Source: Eledone cirrhosa
Lineage: Eukaryota
Direction: 5' to 3'
Assembly (NCBI GenBank): GCA_964016885.1
Contig: OZ024741.1
Coordinates: 108,748,001-108,812,000, forward strand
Length of the DNA stretch: 64,000 nucleotides
Under the pieces are notes generated by a model. It made no database searches. It had not been told where the DNA came from and saw only the letters and a program-made list of their open reading frames with translations. Below, in pieces: positions 62,315 through 64,000 of the stretch. Numbering within the stretch: the first letter of the stretch is position 1; each line of letters opens with the position of its first letter. The translations under genes and the position numbers were made by a program.

Positions 62315-63253
62315 ACTAGCAAAAACCACCCGGTGGGCGGTTTTCTGCTAGCAAATCTAGTGTATATACTGATATTGTTGAGATTTGGATGAGAAATGTT
62401 TTCGGCACCACATGTTCACCGTCTCTCAGTGTGTCTTTTATGCATGTACAAATATATATGTTATCTATACGGTGAAATCTTTGAAATAAATATATGTTAA
62501 AACGAAAAAGGAGAAAATAAATAACTGGTGGTTAGAAAAAAATATTCCTATGAAATTTTAATCATACCATTAGGTGTGAATAAGGAAATATTTTTTTATT
62601 GTCAAAACAAATGTTCAAAAGTTAAACTTCCATTTTTTTAATTATTTCCAATTTTTTCATGAAATTGAACACTGGACATTGGTTGCTGGAAATGGAAATT
62701 AAATCGTATTTAATTGTATTTAAATTTCTAACCTTATTTTATTATTTATATTTTTTCAATAAGAAATAAAAAAAAACAACAACAAAAGTTGAAGAAAAAA
62801 ATTGAACAAATCAAATGTAGGTTATGGAACTGCGCAATCTGATTAATAAATTACCTCATCAGCAGCAACCTTCTTCAAATGGTCCTTATTATCAGCAGCA
62901 ACAACCACAAATTCAATGGCAAACTTCTTCAAACCACAAATTCAATGGCAACCTTCTTCGCATGGTGTCAAGTCAGAACCGCCTCGAACTGGTTACTTCT
63001 GGCTTGTGCAAGGTATCTCTATAGCAACCAGCGATTCCCTCAGCCTCAGTGACCAAAGTCAGTGGGGAGGGGAAGGTAATATTTCTGTAGCATGTGTTTT
63101 AGCGTCTATTCACTCTCTCTCTCTCCCTCTCTCCCTCCCGCTATCCCCCTCTCGTAGTCTGTCTCTTTCTTTCACTCTCACTCTCTCTCTACTCACGTGT
63201 TTCCACTGTCGGACTGACAGACAGAGAAATGGCTGGTTATATATATAAGTAGA

Positions 63254-63441
63254 TAATAATTGTTTTTACTTTTGGCACAAGGCCAGCAACTACCCAGTGC
63301 ATTACTGGTACTTTATTTTATCGACTCCGTAAGGTTGAAAGGCAAAGTTAACCTCAGCGGGATTTGAACTCAGACCATAAAGGGCCGTAAATCTTTGCTG
63401 CAAAGCATGGCGTCAGACATTCTACCGATACTGCCAATCCC
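63254..63441 (-). mobile_element. Near full-length SINE
   Basis: Reverse complement of the 52636-52826 family. Confidence 0.9.
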
Positions 63442-63877
63442 ATAATACTGAAACGAAGTCATCGGATAGACCGATATACCTTCGATCATTTTCCCACTCC
63501 CCCAATGCTTCTATTAGCCAATATCATTAAGATACCAACCAAAAGGAAAGCAGAGTGCACACTAATACGTTAAATAGTGAGAACAATGATTTCGTTGGGG
63601 TAGATAATTTGAATCTCTGGCCCCGGGCTAATGAATTAATCCATCTGCTGGCAGTCCATATGGAACTGGCATGCACAGAAATTATGTAACGCTATTAAAC
63701 ATTACGTAAGTGGCCAAGAGCAGCTTCATCTGCTAGAAAAATTAACCTCTTCGCAACAGATCCAGTACTTGGTGGGAATTCACCATTACTGTAGTAATCT
63801 CGACTTCCAGTGTCATGTGACAGTGAAGAAGGAAGAAGAGTTAAACTAGCAGTGCTTATTTTTTGAAGACATTGACA

Positions 63878-63925
<48 letters not shown>

Positions 63926-64000
63926 AATTACAAAACGGAGTTAAAAACTCACATTAATCCCCTATAATTTAATAAGCTCAAGGGATATATTCCGGGCTCT

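Overview
AT-rich, microsatellite-saturated animal DNA with one 200-N gap (29402-29601). I could not support any host protein-coding gene. The tRNA-derived SINE family resembles octopus SINEs, so an octopod cephalopod source is likely (inference). The recognisable content is mobile DNA. It includes decayed Penelope-like retroelements (PLEs; GIY-YIG, Neptune-like and Naiad-like), Tx1/L1, CRE and probable RTE-type LINE remnants, a Buster/Charlie hAT with intact TSD nested in a Helitron, a Helitron helicase remnant, and ~13 SINE copies. The main signal is invisible in the ORF track. By eye I count about 38 type I hammerhead ribozyme (HHR) motifs, some decayed, from about 17 unrelated short non-coding families. 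Almost all sit in (TA)n, as fold-back palindromes with a one-sided tail or as 320-600 bp tandem units (retrozyme/pLTR-like). Three unrelated families, and possibly a fourth, use the compensatory U3:A8 core (UUGANAA) instead of CUGANGA. Many tails share a YTGAGTRCT motif. All coordinates and folds were read by eye; ribozyme activity is untested.
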